A stretch of 64,000 nt of DNA, taken from positions 64,001 to 128,000 of the forward strand of contig JBBILD010000006.1 in assembly GCA_037445065.1 (NCBI GenBank). Reading direction: 5' to 3'. This DNA comes from Myxococcales bacterium (GTDB lineage Bacteria; Desulfobacterota; Binatia; HRBIN30). Under the pieces are notes generated by a model, which saw only the letters and a list, made by a program, of their open reading frames with translations, did no database searches and was not told the DNA's origin. The stretch's first letter is position 1. Each line of letters begins with the position of its first letter. Of the stretch, positions 53,902 through 62,600 are shown one piece after another. The position numbers and the translations under genes were made by a program.

Positions 53902-54920
53902 ACGAACGGAACACGCTGTGGGCATGGTGTGTGTTCGTGGATCTGGGTTTCCATGAGGTTCGTCTCTACCGAATTCGGCGTTTCAGCGGGAGTGCGGGCG
54001 GGCTTGTTCGCTAGTGGTTGGATCGGAGTGGCCACGAACACCGCGACCAGCAAGGCGATTGTGGCCACTCCGAGGGCTGTGCGCACTGGCCCGAGGGGGG
54101 TCTGATCCGAGCGAGTTGGCGGGTGGTCCAGACCCAAGGCAAGCAGAAGGAAAGCCCACACCAGCCAGCCGCTCCAGAACTCCATCCCCAGGAAAAAGAC
54201 GAGAAACCAGCAGACGCGGGCGAAGAACGCGTGGCCGTGGCTGAACAGAGCGTAAACGACGTGGCCCCCATCGAGTTGCCCGATCGGTATGAGGTTGAGC
54301 AGCGTCACCAGCAAGCCAACCCACCCGGCAAAAGCTATGGGGTGGAAGTACAGTTCGTGTCCCTCGGGAATCGGCCCCACCACCAAACCCACCAGGAGTT
54401 TGGTCGTCAGAGAATCGCCCAGGGAGAGCGCCATGTCATCAGGAACAACGGGCCGGATCTCCGAGTACTTGAGGCCGATCGCCAGTGCAGCGAGGGATGC
54501 GAAAAAGCCTGCCCACGGCCCTGCCGCTCCTACATCGAACAGCGCCGCTCGCGAGGGGGGTACCGCCGCCATGCGAATGAAGGCGCCAAAGGTGCCCACA
54601 AAAAACGGCGGTGCCGGAAGGAAAAAAGGGAGAGTGGCGGGCACGCGGTGGTAGCGAGCCATGAAATAATGACCGAGCTCGTGAATCAGCAAGATGGACA
54701 TGAGCGCCACCGCGAACGGCAGGCCGGTGGGCCAAGAGCGAAAGTCGCGGAGGGGGTTGTGGCCTTCGAGAAAAGCGCCGTTGAGGGTCACAGTGATAAA
54801 GGTCGCCACGAACAGTGACAGGTGGACCCAGAGCCGCGAACGCACTTGCGGTGCTTCGCTCCGCGCAACCTCGATGGTCCAGCGCCGTGCCTTGGGTAAA
54901 TCGGACCAAGGTAAACCCAT
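53898..54920 (-). CDS. Site-2 protease (M50)
   Basis: HELGH, GTFGA, AGP, NLIP.GQLDGGH; multiple TM helices. Confidence 0.93.
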   Translation of the reverse strand: MGLPWSDLPKARRWTIEVARSEAPQVRSRLWVHLSLFVATFITVTLNGAFLEGHNPLRDFRSWPTGLPFAVALMSILLIHELGHYFMARYHRVPATLPFFLPAPPFFVGTFGAFIRMAAVPPSRAALFDVGAAGPWAGFFASLAALAIGLKYSEIRPVVPDDMALSLGDSLTTKLLVGLVVGPIPEGHELYFHPIAFAGWVGLLVTLLNLIPIGQLDGGHVVYALFSHGHAFFARVCWFLVFFLGMEFWSGWLVWAFLLLALGLDHPPTRSDQTPLGPVRTALGVATIALLVAVFVATPIQPLANKPARTPAETPNSVETNLMETQIHEHTPCPQRVPFV

Positions 54921-54921
54921 T

Positions 54922-55719
54922 TCATGACCCTTTCCTGTCGAGAGTAACGGTGACCCGTGCCCCGATGCCGACCCCGAGTTCGCGCGCCGCGTCACCTTCA
55001 CGCTGCGCGATTTCCAAAAGGCCCCAACTGCTGAACAAGGCGCCAATCTCGCCTGGGGCTAAGTGGCTGTAAGTCGGCACGATCCCGCGAATCCTCCGCC
55101 CAGCCACGTTAATCCAGACGCATTCAGAAGAAAAGTCGGTAAAGTCGGAAACGCCAAGGTTGGTAATCAAGTTTCCAAATCGGTCAACATAAAGCACCTC
55201 CCCCAAGATCTCGTTGCCGCCGCGCAGGGGCATAGGCCAGGGAAGTTCGACGATCTCGCCTACCCGCGGCCCGAGGGCGGAGGCGGGCGTTCCTGCAGCC
55301 AGGAGGCCAGCAACCGGAGCGAACACGTCCCGCCCGTGGAAGGTGCGGGAGGTGGGCTTCAGGAACCATTCCTCCCGTTCGAGAGAATAGACGGCGAGGC
55401 GCTGGGACGGAGGAGCCGCGAAGGTGAGCACGCCGTTGTCGGGACCGATGAAGAACGCCTCTTGGGTAACGATGCACAGAGCGCGCCGCGAGGTGCCGAC
55501 GCCTGGATCCACGACTGCGAGGTGGATCGTTCCGGACGGGAAGTACGGCACGGCGCTGCGTAGGACGAGCGCCGCGGCCCGAATGTCTTGCGGAGGGATG
55601 TCGTGACTTAGGTCTACGAGCACCGCTCCCGGAGCGCGCTGCAGGATCACTCCTTTGACAATGCCCACAAAACCGTCGCGATTGCCGAAATCGGTGAGTA
55701 GCGTGATGACCGGAGGCAT
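54922..55719 (-). CDS. SAM hydroxide adenosyltransferase (DUF62; SAM hydrolase/halogenase family)
   Basis: ITLLTDFG, VVDPGVG..R, GPDNG, TFHGRD.FAP, DRFGN. Confidence 0.92.
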   Translation of the reverse strand: MPPVITLLTDFGNRDGFVGIVKGVILQRAPGAVLVDLSHDIPPQDIRAAALVLRSAVPYFPSGTIHLAVVDPGVGTSRRALCIVTQEAFFIGPDNGVLTFAAPPSQRLAVYSLEREEWFLKPTSRTFHGRDVFAPVAGLLAAGTPASALGPRVGEIVELPWPMPLRGGNEILGEVLYVDRFGNLITNLGVSDFTDFSSECVWINVAGRRIRGIVPTYSHLAPGEIGALFSSWGLLEIAQREGDAARELGVGIGARVTVTLDRKGS

Positions 55720-55735
55720 GCGGCGGGCTTGGCGA

Positions 55736-57106
55736 TTACGTGGATTCGGGAACCTGGTACGCCAGCTCGGCGACCAGGCGAGCCGGCTCGCGGTTCCACG
55801 CCCCGATCCACTTTTCCACCACGCGCTCGGCCGGGCAGCGTCCCCGCCGCACCCAGTCGCGCGTTTGCTCGAGGTACATAGCCTCGCTTTCCTCATTTGC
55901 GGGGCGCTGGCGGTTGAGTCCGTACTCGGCAATATCGAGCAGTTCGCGAGCGAGCTCGCGCAGCTCGATGCCGCGCATGCGAGCGTGCAGGGCCTGGCGG
56001 TGTGCTTGGTGGTAGAGTTCCAAGCGCTCCTCCCAGCGCAAGTTCTTCACCAAGTCCCAAGCAGCGAGTAGGGCATCAGGGTCGTAAAACACGCCCCTGA
56101 CGAGTGCAGGCACAGCGAGCATCAACTCAGGAGGTTGGCTATCCACGGAACGGATCTCGATGTAGCGCTTCATTCGCGTTTCGGGGAACAAGGTAGTCAA
56201 GTGAGCGTTCCAGTCTCCCAACGTGGGCCGTTCCCCGTTCCAGCCTTGCTGCCAAAACTGCCGAAAGGTGAGCGAGGTCAGGTCAATCCAGCGGTCCCCC
56301 CGAACGATGAAGTACATGGGAACGTCGAGAGCGTATTCGACGTAGTCCGCAAACCCAGGGCTGCGGTCGAAAACGAATCGCAACAGGCCGCAACGCTGCC
56401 CGTCGGTGTCGGTCCAAACGTGCCCGCGGAAACTCATGTACCCGTTGAGATCGCCGTCACACAGAGGGGAGTTGGCAAAGATTGCATTGAGCAGCGGCGC
56501 GAGTGCGTTTCCCAAGCGGAGCTTGGCAATGGCGTCCGCCTCGCTCTCGTAGTCAATGTTTACTTGTACCGTTGCCGTTTGCTTCATCATCCGGTGGCCC
56601 AGCGAGCCGACTTTTTCCATGTAGGGTGCCATGATGCGGTAACGCTGCTTAGGCACCCATTCGATTTCCTCGACCCGGCTGAAGGGTTGCATGCCAAGTC
56701 CGAGGAAGGCGATCCCGAGCTCTTTGCCAATGAGCACCACCTGCCGAACGTGTTCGCGAAACTCGCGAGCCGCTTCGTGCACATTCCGCCATTGCTCGCC
56801 ACTGAGTTCCAGTTGTCCGCCGGGTTCGAGGGTGATCGAAGCGCGCTCGGAACGAAGCGCAACGATGCGGCCGTTCTCTTCGATCGGACTCCAGCCGAAC
56901 CGATCCGCCATGCGGCGGAGGACCTCTTCGATTCCGCCAGTGAAGCGCGCAGCACTGCCATCGCGTTCGTTCACTCCGACCTTCTCGTACTCGGTGCCAA
57001 TGCGCCAGTGGTCCCGGGGCTTACAGGCTTGCGCAAAGTACTCGATGAGTTGATCGTAGGATTCGATCGGGACCCGTTCTGCTTCGCTGGTGACGTATTG
57101 TGACAT
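55736..57106 (-). CDS. gshA: Glutamate--cysteine ligase (GCS2, plant/alphaproteobacterial-like)
   Basis: IGTEYEK, LEPGGQLELSG, PK.RY, MM..T..VQVN, FANSP, HLTTLFPE.R. Confidence 0.92.
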   Translation of the reverse strand: MSQYVTSEAERVPIESYDQLIEYFAQACKPRDHWRIGTEYEKVGVNERDGSAARFTGGIEEVLRRMADRFGWSPIEENGRIVALRSERASITLEPGGQLELSGEQWRNVHEAAREFREHVRQVVLIGKELGIAFLGLGMQPFSRVEEIEWVPKQRYRIMAPYMEKVGSLGHRMMKQTATVQVNIDYESEADAIAKLRLGNALAPLLNAIFANSPLCDGDLNGYMSFRGHVWTDTDGQRCGLLRFVFDRSPGFADYVEYALDVPMYFIVRGDRWIDLTSLTFRQFWQQGWNGERPTLGDWNAHLTTLFPETRMKRYIEIRSVDSQPPELMLAVPALVRGVFYDPDALLAAWDLVKNLRWEERLELYHQAHRQALHARMRGIELRELARELLDIAEYGLNRQRPANEESEAMYLEQTRDWVRRGRCPAERVVEKWIGAWNREPARLVAELAYQVPEST

Positions 57107-57388
57107 GGCTGCATGTCGCCCCGAGGCAAGCGAACCTTACCCCTGTGGCGAGTTTTCACGCAAGCTCGTCAGCGCGACACACTGTTCGCTGCGACCTCCG
57201 ATTCTATTGCTCGCGGCGCTCTCGTATGCACGAGCGGGACAGGCTTTGCGCAGGAGAGGACGCACCTGATGCCACTTGGGAGTGACGTGAGGACGACGCA
57301 GGGCCGTGTCCCAGGCGGAATGCGCGCTGCGAAGGCACGACCGCTGCCGCGCGTAGCCATGCCGCGCGCGGCAGCGCGCCCTGCCACC

Positions 57389-59167
57389 TCAACTCGTTGG
57401 CCGCCGATTTCGCGCTGCCCAGCGGTAGGAGTCGCGGGCGATGATTTCGAAAGGACCCGGCAGTGTGCCCTCCAGGGAGGAGCGCGGAGTCAGCGGGTCG
57501 GTGATGTAGATCACGTCCCGCTCCTGCCACCAGCGAGCCAGTTCTTCGCGAGCGACGAAGAGGTCGTTGACATACGGCACCAGGTACGTAGGCGGCACAA
57601 AGTCCGGCGGCCCGAGAACTTCGACCTTGCGTTGCAAGTAGAAGTTCAGGCTGGCCACCGTTTGATACTCGACCGGTGCCTCGTATACGACGATCGTATT
57701 CGGCTGCAGGTGTGGGCGAATGGCTCGCACGAGCGGGTATACCGAGTTGCTGGGCGCCATCCGCTCAAGCCCCTCGCAAAACAGTGGCACCACGCAGGCA
57801 AAGGCGGCGGCGATCGGGAGGGCGCTGAAACGCGAGCGGCGCCGCCAAAGCAGGAGGGCAAACACGCTCGCGATCGCGAGTAGCGTGAATACGCGGAGGG
57901 CGAGGCGAACGAATTCACCAGTTTGGCCGAGCCACTCTTCTTCGTGCAACAAGTGTGGCACCACCCAGAGGGCATTGAGTTGCACGAAGGCAAGAAAAGC
58001 GAACAGCCCACTGAGGGCACGTTGCCAAGCGGGATTCGGATCGCTGCTCACTTCGGAGAGGAACTTCCCGAGAAGAAGGGCGAGGAACGGCAAGGCGGGC
58101 AGCGAGTAGTGTTCCAGCCGTGAGCTCGCCAGGGAAAACAAGGCAAGCGTGGCGCCGCTTGCCGCGAGCAGGAGCACCTCCCCGTGGGCGCGCTCGGAGC
58201 GGAGTCGGGCAAGAGCCCACAGCGCGGCCAGTGGCAGAAGCGGGGTCCAAGGGTATGCCCGCATGGCAAACGCTGCCCAGAACATTCCCAAGGAGATCGG
58301 CTCCGAGTCACGCGGAAACTTCTTGTCGAAAAAAAACAAGACGTGTTGGTTCACGACGTAATCCCACAAGAACCCCTCGTGCTTGACAGACATGGCGACA
58401 TGCCACGGCAGCAGGATGGCAGCCAGCAGCCACCAAGAGCGAGGATGCAAGAAGGCAAGGAGGGTTTCCCAGCGGCGGTTGAAGGCGCACGCGGCCACAA
58501 TGGCGGCGCCACTGATCACCACACCGATCATGCCTTTGGCCAGCAACCCACAACCGGTGGCGAGCTGCCAGCCGAGCAGGGCAGGGTCGTGCCAGCGCCA
58601 GCGCCCGCGGTTCGGATCCAACAGGAAGTGCAGGCTGGCAATGGCGCCAGTTAGCGACAGAACGAGCCACAGATCCGGCCGCACTTCGTGACTTTCGACG
58701 AAAAACCCACCCATCGAAAACAGCACGCTAGCAGCGACACACCCGGTCCAAACGCCACTGGTCTGCCAACCCCACCAGAGTACCAGAGCCACAGTGAGCC
58801 AGCCGGCAATGGCGCTGGGCAGGCGAGCCGCGGCTTCAGAGATTCCAAAGAGCTGGTAACTGGTCGCAATGGCCCAGTAGGAGAGGGGGGGCTTATTCAG
58901 GAAGAGCACGTAGTTGAGATGGGGGCTCATCCAGTCTCCCCGCTCGATCATCTCGCGTGCGACCTCGGCGTACTGCCCCTCGTTGGGGTCGTCGAGGAAC
59001 GGGAAGCTGCCGAGCTGGTACGTAAATCCCCACAGTGTGACTCCGAGCATCAGCGCTGAGGCGAACGCAGCAATCGCAGGCCGCACTCGTGGTGCGGGGG
59101 TAGGCGCAGGGCGGCCCCACTCCGGCACACTCGCCGGGACGGGCTTCGGCTTGGGGACGCTCCTCAT
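57389..59167 (-). CDS. ArnT/PMT-like GT-C glycosyltransferase
   Basis: DDPNEG.YAE..REM, KPPL.YW, R.PSA, LAKG; many TM helices; start re-called at MRSVPK. Confidence 0.88.
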   Translation of the reverse strand: MRSVPKPKPVPASVPEWGRPAPTPAPRVRPAIAAFASALMLGVTLWGFTYQLGSFPFLDDPNEGQYAEVAREMIERGDWMSPHLNYVLFLNKPPLSYWAIATSYQLFGISEAAARLPSAIAGWLTVALVLWWGWQTSGVWTGCVAASVLFSMGGFFVESHEVRPDLWLVLSLTGAIASLHFLLDPNRGRWRWHDPALLGWQLATGCGLLAKGMIGVVISGAAIVAACAFNRRWETLLAFLHPRSWWLLAAILLPWHVAMSVKHEGFLWDYVVNQHVLFFFDKKFPRDSEPISLGMFWAAFAMRAYPWTPLLPLAALWALARLRSERAHGEVLLLAASGATLALFSLASSRLEHYSLPALPFLALLLGKFLSEVSSDPNPAWQRALSGLFAFLAFVQLNALWVVPHLLHEEEWLGQTGEFVRLALRVFTLLAIASVFALLLWRRRSRFSALPIAAAFACVVPLFCEGLERMAPSNSVYPLVRAIRPHLQPNTIVVYEAPVEYQTVASLNFYLQRKVEVLGPPDFVPPTYLVPYVNDLFVAREELARWWQERDVIYITDPLTPRSSLEGTLPGPFEIIARDSYRWAARNRRPTS

Positions 59168-59979
59168 GCCGAGCGAGGAGAACTTTCCGAAGAGTGCGGG
59201 CTCGAGGGGCCCAGGTACCGGAGGACGCGCGCAACCAGTTGTGGCAACACTTCGGCGGCTGGTCCTCGCAGCGCCACCGTGCAGAAGCTGGACAGCTCCG
59301 TTTGGTACGGGTTCACTTCGATCAACGTCCCGCCACGCTGATGAACTTCGATCGGGAAGCCGGCGGCCGGGTACACAGTGGCCGAGGTACCGACCAGGAG
59401 CATGCAATCGGCGCGAGCCGTTTCCTCTGTACAACGAGCAAGCACGTCCGGCGGAATGGGTTCGCCAAAGGAAACCGTGTCGCTTTTCAGCAGTGAGCGA
59501 CAATGGGGACACAGAGGGGGCAAGACCTCGACACTGACTTCCTCACGGGGCCACCGCTGCACACAGCCGATGCAGCGAATCCAAAAAGCATTGCCATGGA
59601 TCTCAGCCAGTGCTTGCGATCCAGCCCGCCGGTGCAGATCGTCCACGTTTTGGGTGATCGTACAGCGTAAGACCCCGAGTCGTTCGAGTTCCACCATGGC
59701 AAGATGGCCAGGGTTCGGTTTGGCCTGTTCCAAAGTGAGCCACAGCTCGCGCATGGGTCCTTGCGGATTCAGGCGTTCCTCCCATGCCTTTTTGGGGTCG
59801 GCAAGGAAGCGCTGGTAGCCGTTCATCGGTGGTTCGCCGTACTTGGTCCACAAGCCCCCCGGACCCCGAAACGGAGGGATCCCGCTCTCTACCGACAGTC
59901 CGGCACCGGTGAGTGCCACCACGTACCGAGCCGAGGCTAACAACTGCGCGGCCCGCTCGAAATCGGTCGCATCCGTCAT
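59164..59979 (-). CDS. cobB: NAD-dependent deacylase (Sir2/CobB family)
   Basis: TGAGLS.ESGIP.FRG, TQNVD.LH, HG, CIGC/CPHC, FGE, GTS..VYPA. Confidence 0.92.
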   Translation of the reverse strand: MTDATDFERAAQLLASARYVVALTGAGLSVESGIPPFRGPGGLWTKYGEPPMNGYQRFLADPKKAWEERLNPQGPMRELWLTLEQAKPNPGHLAMVELERLGVLRCTITQNVDDLHRRAGSQALAEIHGNAFWIRCIGCVQRWPREEVSVEVLPPLCPHCRSLLKSDTVSFGEPIPPDVLARCTEETARADCMLLVGTSATVYPAAGFPIEVHQRGGTLIEVNPYQTELSSFCTVALRGPAAEVLPQLVARVLRYLGPSSPHSSESSPRSA

Positions 59980-60080
59980 GACCCATCCTACGCGTTGAGG
60001 ATCGAGACTCGCTTCACTATAGAATGCCGGCTTTTGTTGCAACGCGACAAGGAATACTCGGCAAAAACTTGGAGGCGGGA

Positions 60081-60605
60081 ATGCGCGGACAGAGGTTGTT
60101 TGGGATCGTGGTGGCATGCCTGTTGATCGCGAGCGCTGCTCTCGCGCGGGACCCGATTCCGGTGAAAGACAAGGACGGGAAGACCTACGCCCTCATCGTA
60201 CTCTGCAACGATTGCCGTACCCCCTCTGAGCAGCGTTGTTTCGATGGAGCAGAAGAGGGGTTTTGGAAGGGCAAGTCGTGCGGAAAATGTTTGCTCCGGG
60301 CCAACGGCGGGCGGTTGGTCGAAGTGCCGTACGACGTTCATGTAACCGGGGTGCTGACCGACGAGCAAGGCAACCCGCGCAAGGAGCGGTTCGTGAAACT
60401 CTTCATGCAAAACGGCTGGGGCCACCGCACCCGTACCTTCGATGACGGGCGGTTTCGCATCATTATGGGAGCCACGGTCGAGCGCAAGGCAAAGGAACCG
60501 TTGATCGTTGACGTCGGGCGTTTGATTGACCAGCAGAAGGACAACAAGGATCTGTATTTCGCGTTCTATTACATGTCGCCCGATTTCCAGCCCTGCCCGG
60601 ATTGA
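60081..60605 (+). CDS. Secreted Cys-rich protein with carboxypeptidase-regulatory-like beta domain
   Basis: GGAGG RBS, signal peptide (ALA-R), CNDC..C..CGKC, VTGVLTDEQGNP...TFDDGRF. Confidence 0.65.
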   Translation: MRGQRLFGIVVACLLIASAALARDPIPVKDKDGKTYALIVLCNDCRTPSEQRCFDGAEEGFWKGKSCGKCLLRANGGRLVEVPYDVHVTGVLTDEQGNPRKERFVKLFMQNGWGHRTRTFDDGRFRIIMGATVERKAKEPLIVDVGRLIDQQKDNKDLYFAFYYMSPDFQPCPD

Positions 60606-60677
60606 CGGCAAGAACCAGCCACTTCGTGATCATCGGAGTCATCGCCCGCGGCTCGAGCCGCAGATTGTGAGCGGCGT

Positions 60678-61454
60678 TCACTCTTTGTCCGGCAGCGGTT
60701 CTCCCGGGGGAACGTATTCCTTTCCCTCTTCGGCAGCTTCGACGACGTCCTCGGTTTGCGGCGGCTCCGGCCGGGCTTCGACCACAGGAGGCGGATGCGG
60801 CCGATCTCGGTCCTCTCGCTCCCACAAGAGTTCATTGGTCTCCAGCCGATCCACCACTTCCTGCACGCCAGCAAAATCGGTCAGGAGTTTCAGCAACACT
60901 TGGTGCTCGAACTCGCTCGGCAGAGCGCCGCTCAAGTATACCACTCCGTGGCGGGCGACGATGCGCAGCTCGTCCATGTCCACCCTGCCATCCTCACGCA
61001 CCAGTTCCCGCAGCGCCTCCTCGAGTTCGCGGTCGCTCAATAAGGCGAGATCGGGTGGCACTTCCCCGTGGCGCGGCGCTTCTTCTGCTTCCGCCTCCTC
61101 GGGAATTGCGCCTTTTTCACGGCGCGCGGCACAGTTCACGCAGTACAGCGTAGTCGGTAACGCTTTGAGCCGCTTGAGGGGGATAGGTTTCCCGCAGTCC
61201 GCGCATGTGCCGTAGGTGCCGTTTGCGATTCGCAACAAAGCGGCGTCGATTGCCTCCACCTCCGCGCGCACACGTGCGTCAAGTTGATCGTAGTTGAATG
61301 CGGCCCGCTCATCCTGAGCTAGTTCCTCCAGTTCGATTTCTCGTTCCGCGACGATCTCGTCGAGGTCGGCCTCCAGGTCCAAGGCCGTCCGCAGGAGCCT
61401 GGCTTTTTGCTTACGCAGCTCCTTGGCGAATTGCATCAGGTGCTCGCTTTTCAT
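60678..61454 (-). CDS. DksA/TraR C4 zinc-finger protein fused to a BON domain and acidic tail
   Basis: IDAAL.RI..GTYG.CADCGKPIP.KRL.A.P...YCVNC, then SDREL...L.I....GVVYLSG...GVQEVVDRL; start re-called at MKSEHL. Confidence 0.85.
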   Translation of the reverse strand: MKSEHLMQFAKELRKQKARLLRTALDLEADLDEIVAEREIELEELAQDERAAFNYDQLDARVRAEVEAIDAALLRIANGTYGTCADCGKPIPLKRLKALPTTLYCVNCAARREKGAIPEEAEAEEAPRHGEVPPDLALLSDRELEEALRELVREDGRVDMDELRIVARHGVVYLSGALPSEFEHQVLLKLLTDFAGVQEVVDRLETNELLWEREDRDRPHPPPVVEARPEPPQTEDVVEAAEEGKEYVPPGEPLPDKE

Positions 61455-61485
61455 GAGGGCGCTCCTCTTCGTGGCTTCGAACGTC

Positions 61486-61502
61486 GGCAAGATACTTGCC
61501 AG
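61486..61502 (-). promoter_or_regulatory. Putative sigma54 (-24/-12) promoter of the DksA-BON gene
   Basis: Minus strand CTGGCAAGTATCTTGCC (GG-N10-GC, TGGCA...TTGC), just upstream of the AGAGGAG RBS. Confidence 0.65.
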
Positions 61503-61746
61503 ATCAGGCCCTGGCGCGCCAGCGTTCGGAAAGGAGGTAGGACTCCCGGCTTTGCAAAGCTGGCTGCCGGATTTGCGCAGAAGGCGGAAAGAGTCGGAAA
61601 TGCACTGACTTACTTTTAGGGCGGTCCGTACGAAGAGGTTCGCTGGGCCACTGCGCTGTGGGTAGGAGCGAGGTCCCCACTTGGGCCCGCAGCGCCGTGG
61701 CAATTGGCCGCGTAAAGCGGGGCCAGAGCCAAGAACCTTTCCGCAT

Positions 61747-62277
61747 TCACTGGATTTCGATCTTGCGCGGTCGCTTGCCTGGCTCCTCCGTCTTCGGCAA
61801 GCGGATTTCCAAAATCCCGTCTTTGAAGCTTGCGGTGGCGGCGTCTGCCTTGACCTCTACGGGTAGGGTCAGGGTGCGGATAAAGGAGCCGAAGCTGCGC
61901 TCGCTGCGATAGTAGTCGCTCTCGCGAACCTCTTCCGAGCGCTTCTTCTCGCCTTTGATGGTCAGGGTACGGTCCGAGAGCTGAACCTCCACCTGGTCCT
62001 TGTTCAAGCCCGGTAGTTCGGCCTTCACGACCAGGTTGTCCCCCTCGTCGTAGATGTCGACGGCTGGCACCTTCAGCTCCATTTCGCGCAGCGGGCGCCA
62101 CAGCTCGGGCCACTCGATGCGAGGCCAGGGTAGGCGCGGGAAATCCGCGAAAAACCGCTCGACGAAACGCTCGAAGGGATCCACCACCGTCCGTTCGACC
62201 GGCACGCTCCTCACCGGTACCACCGCGCTCGACCGCGCTGCTTTGCTCTTGCTTGTGGCTTTTCCTTTTGCTGCCAT
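61747..62277 (-). CDS. Hsp20 / alpha-crystallin small heat-shock protein
   Basis: PAVDI, AELPG, L.I.GE, ERSFGSF.R...LP, A.FKDGIL.I.LPK; start re-called at MAAKGK. Confidence 0.95.
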   Translation of the reverse strand: MAAKGKATSKSKAARSSAVVPVRSVPVERTVVDPFERFVERFFADFPRLPWPRIEWPELWRPLREMELKVPAVDIYDEGDNLVVKAELPGLNKDQVEVQLSDRTLTIKGEKKRSEEVRESDYYRSERSFGSFIRTLTLPVEVKADAATASFKDGILEIRLPKTEEPGKRPRKIEIQ

Positions 62278-62355
62278 CGTTTGCACCCTCCTGAACTGTC
62301 GTAGAGTCGGCGGTCCTCCATGTGAGTCCGCTAGCCCACGTTGGCAAGGGGTATT

Positions 62356-62372
62356 CGCAAAAGCTAGGCCGG
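62356..62372 (-). promoter_or_regulatory. Putative sigma54 promoter of hsp20
   Basis: Minus strand CCGGCCTAGCTTTTGCG (GG-N10-GC, TTGC), about 80 bp upstream of the start. Confidence 0.45.
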
Positions 62373-62577
62373 GTTGTCGGGAGCGCAGCTCCGGCGGGGT
62401 CGCTCGCGTTTTTCTTGGGTTTGAGAATCGCCGGCCTTCGTCTGTGGGGCTGGTTTGCAAAAAGATTTGCCTTGCTAAAGTTTTGTCCGTTCGCATAGCG
62501 TGGGTTGTGTGCGGGGCATTCACCAAAACCTCCGCGGGTGGAGGAGGCCCCTGTGAAAACGCTCAACACGAGAAACG

Positions 62578-62600
62578 GAGGATAAGAGGATAAGAGGATG
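62578..62600 (+). repeat. Tandem 8-mer (GAGGATAA)x2 plus GAGGATG covering the RBS and start codon
   Basis: Direct reading of 62578-62600. Confidence 0.8.

Noticed and set aside
54922..55719. Fluorinase or chlorinase
   Set aside because: Retains DPGVG..R and FHGRD residues typical of DUF62 SAM hydrolases; no halometabolite cluster nearby
60081..60605. c-type cytochrome
   Set aside because: The CxxC motifs lack the following His
62341..62475. Other sigma54 candidates (TGGCAAGGGGTATTCGC; AGGCAAATCTTTTTGC)
   Set aside because: GG-GC spacing is 12 and 11 rather than the required 10
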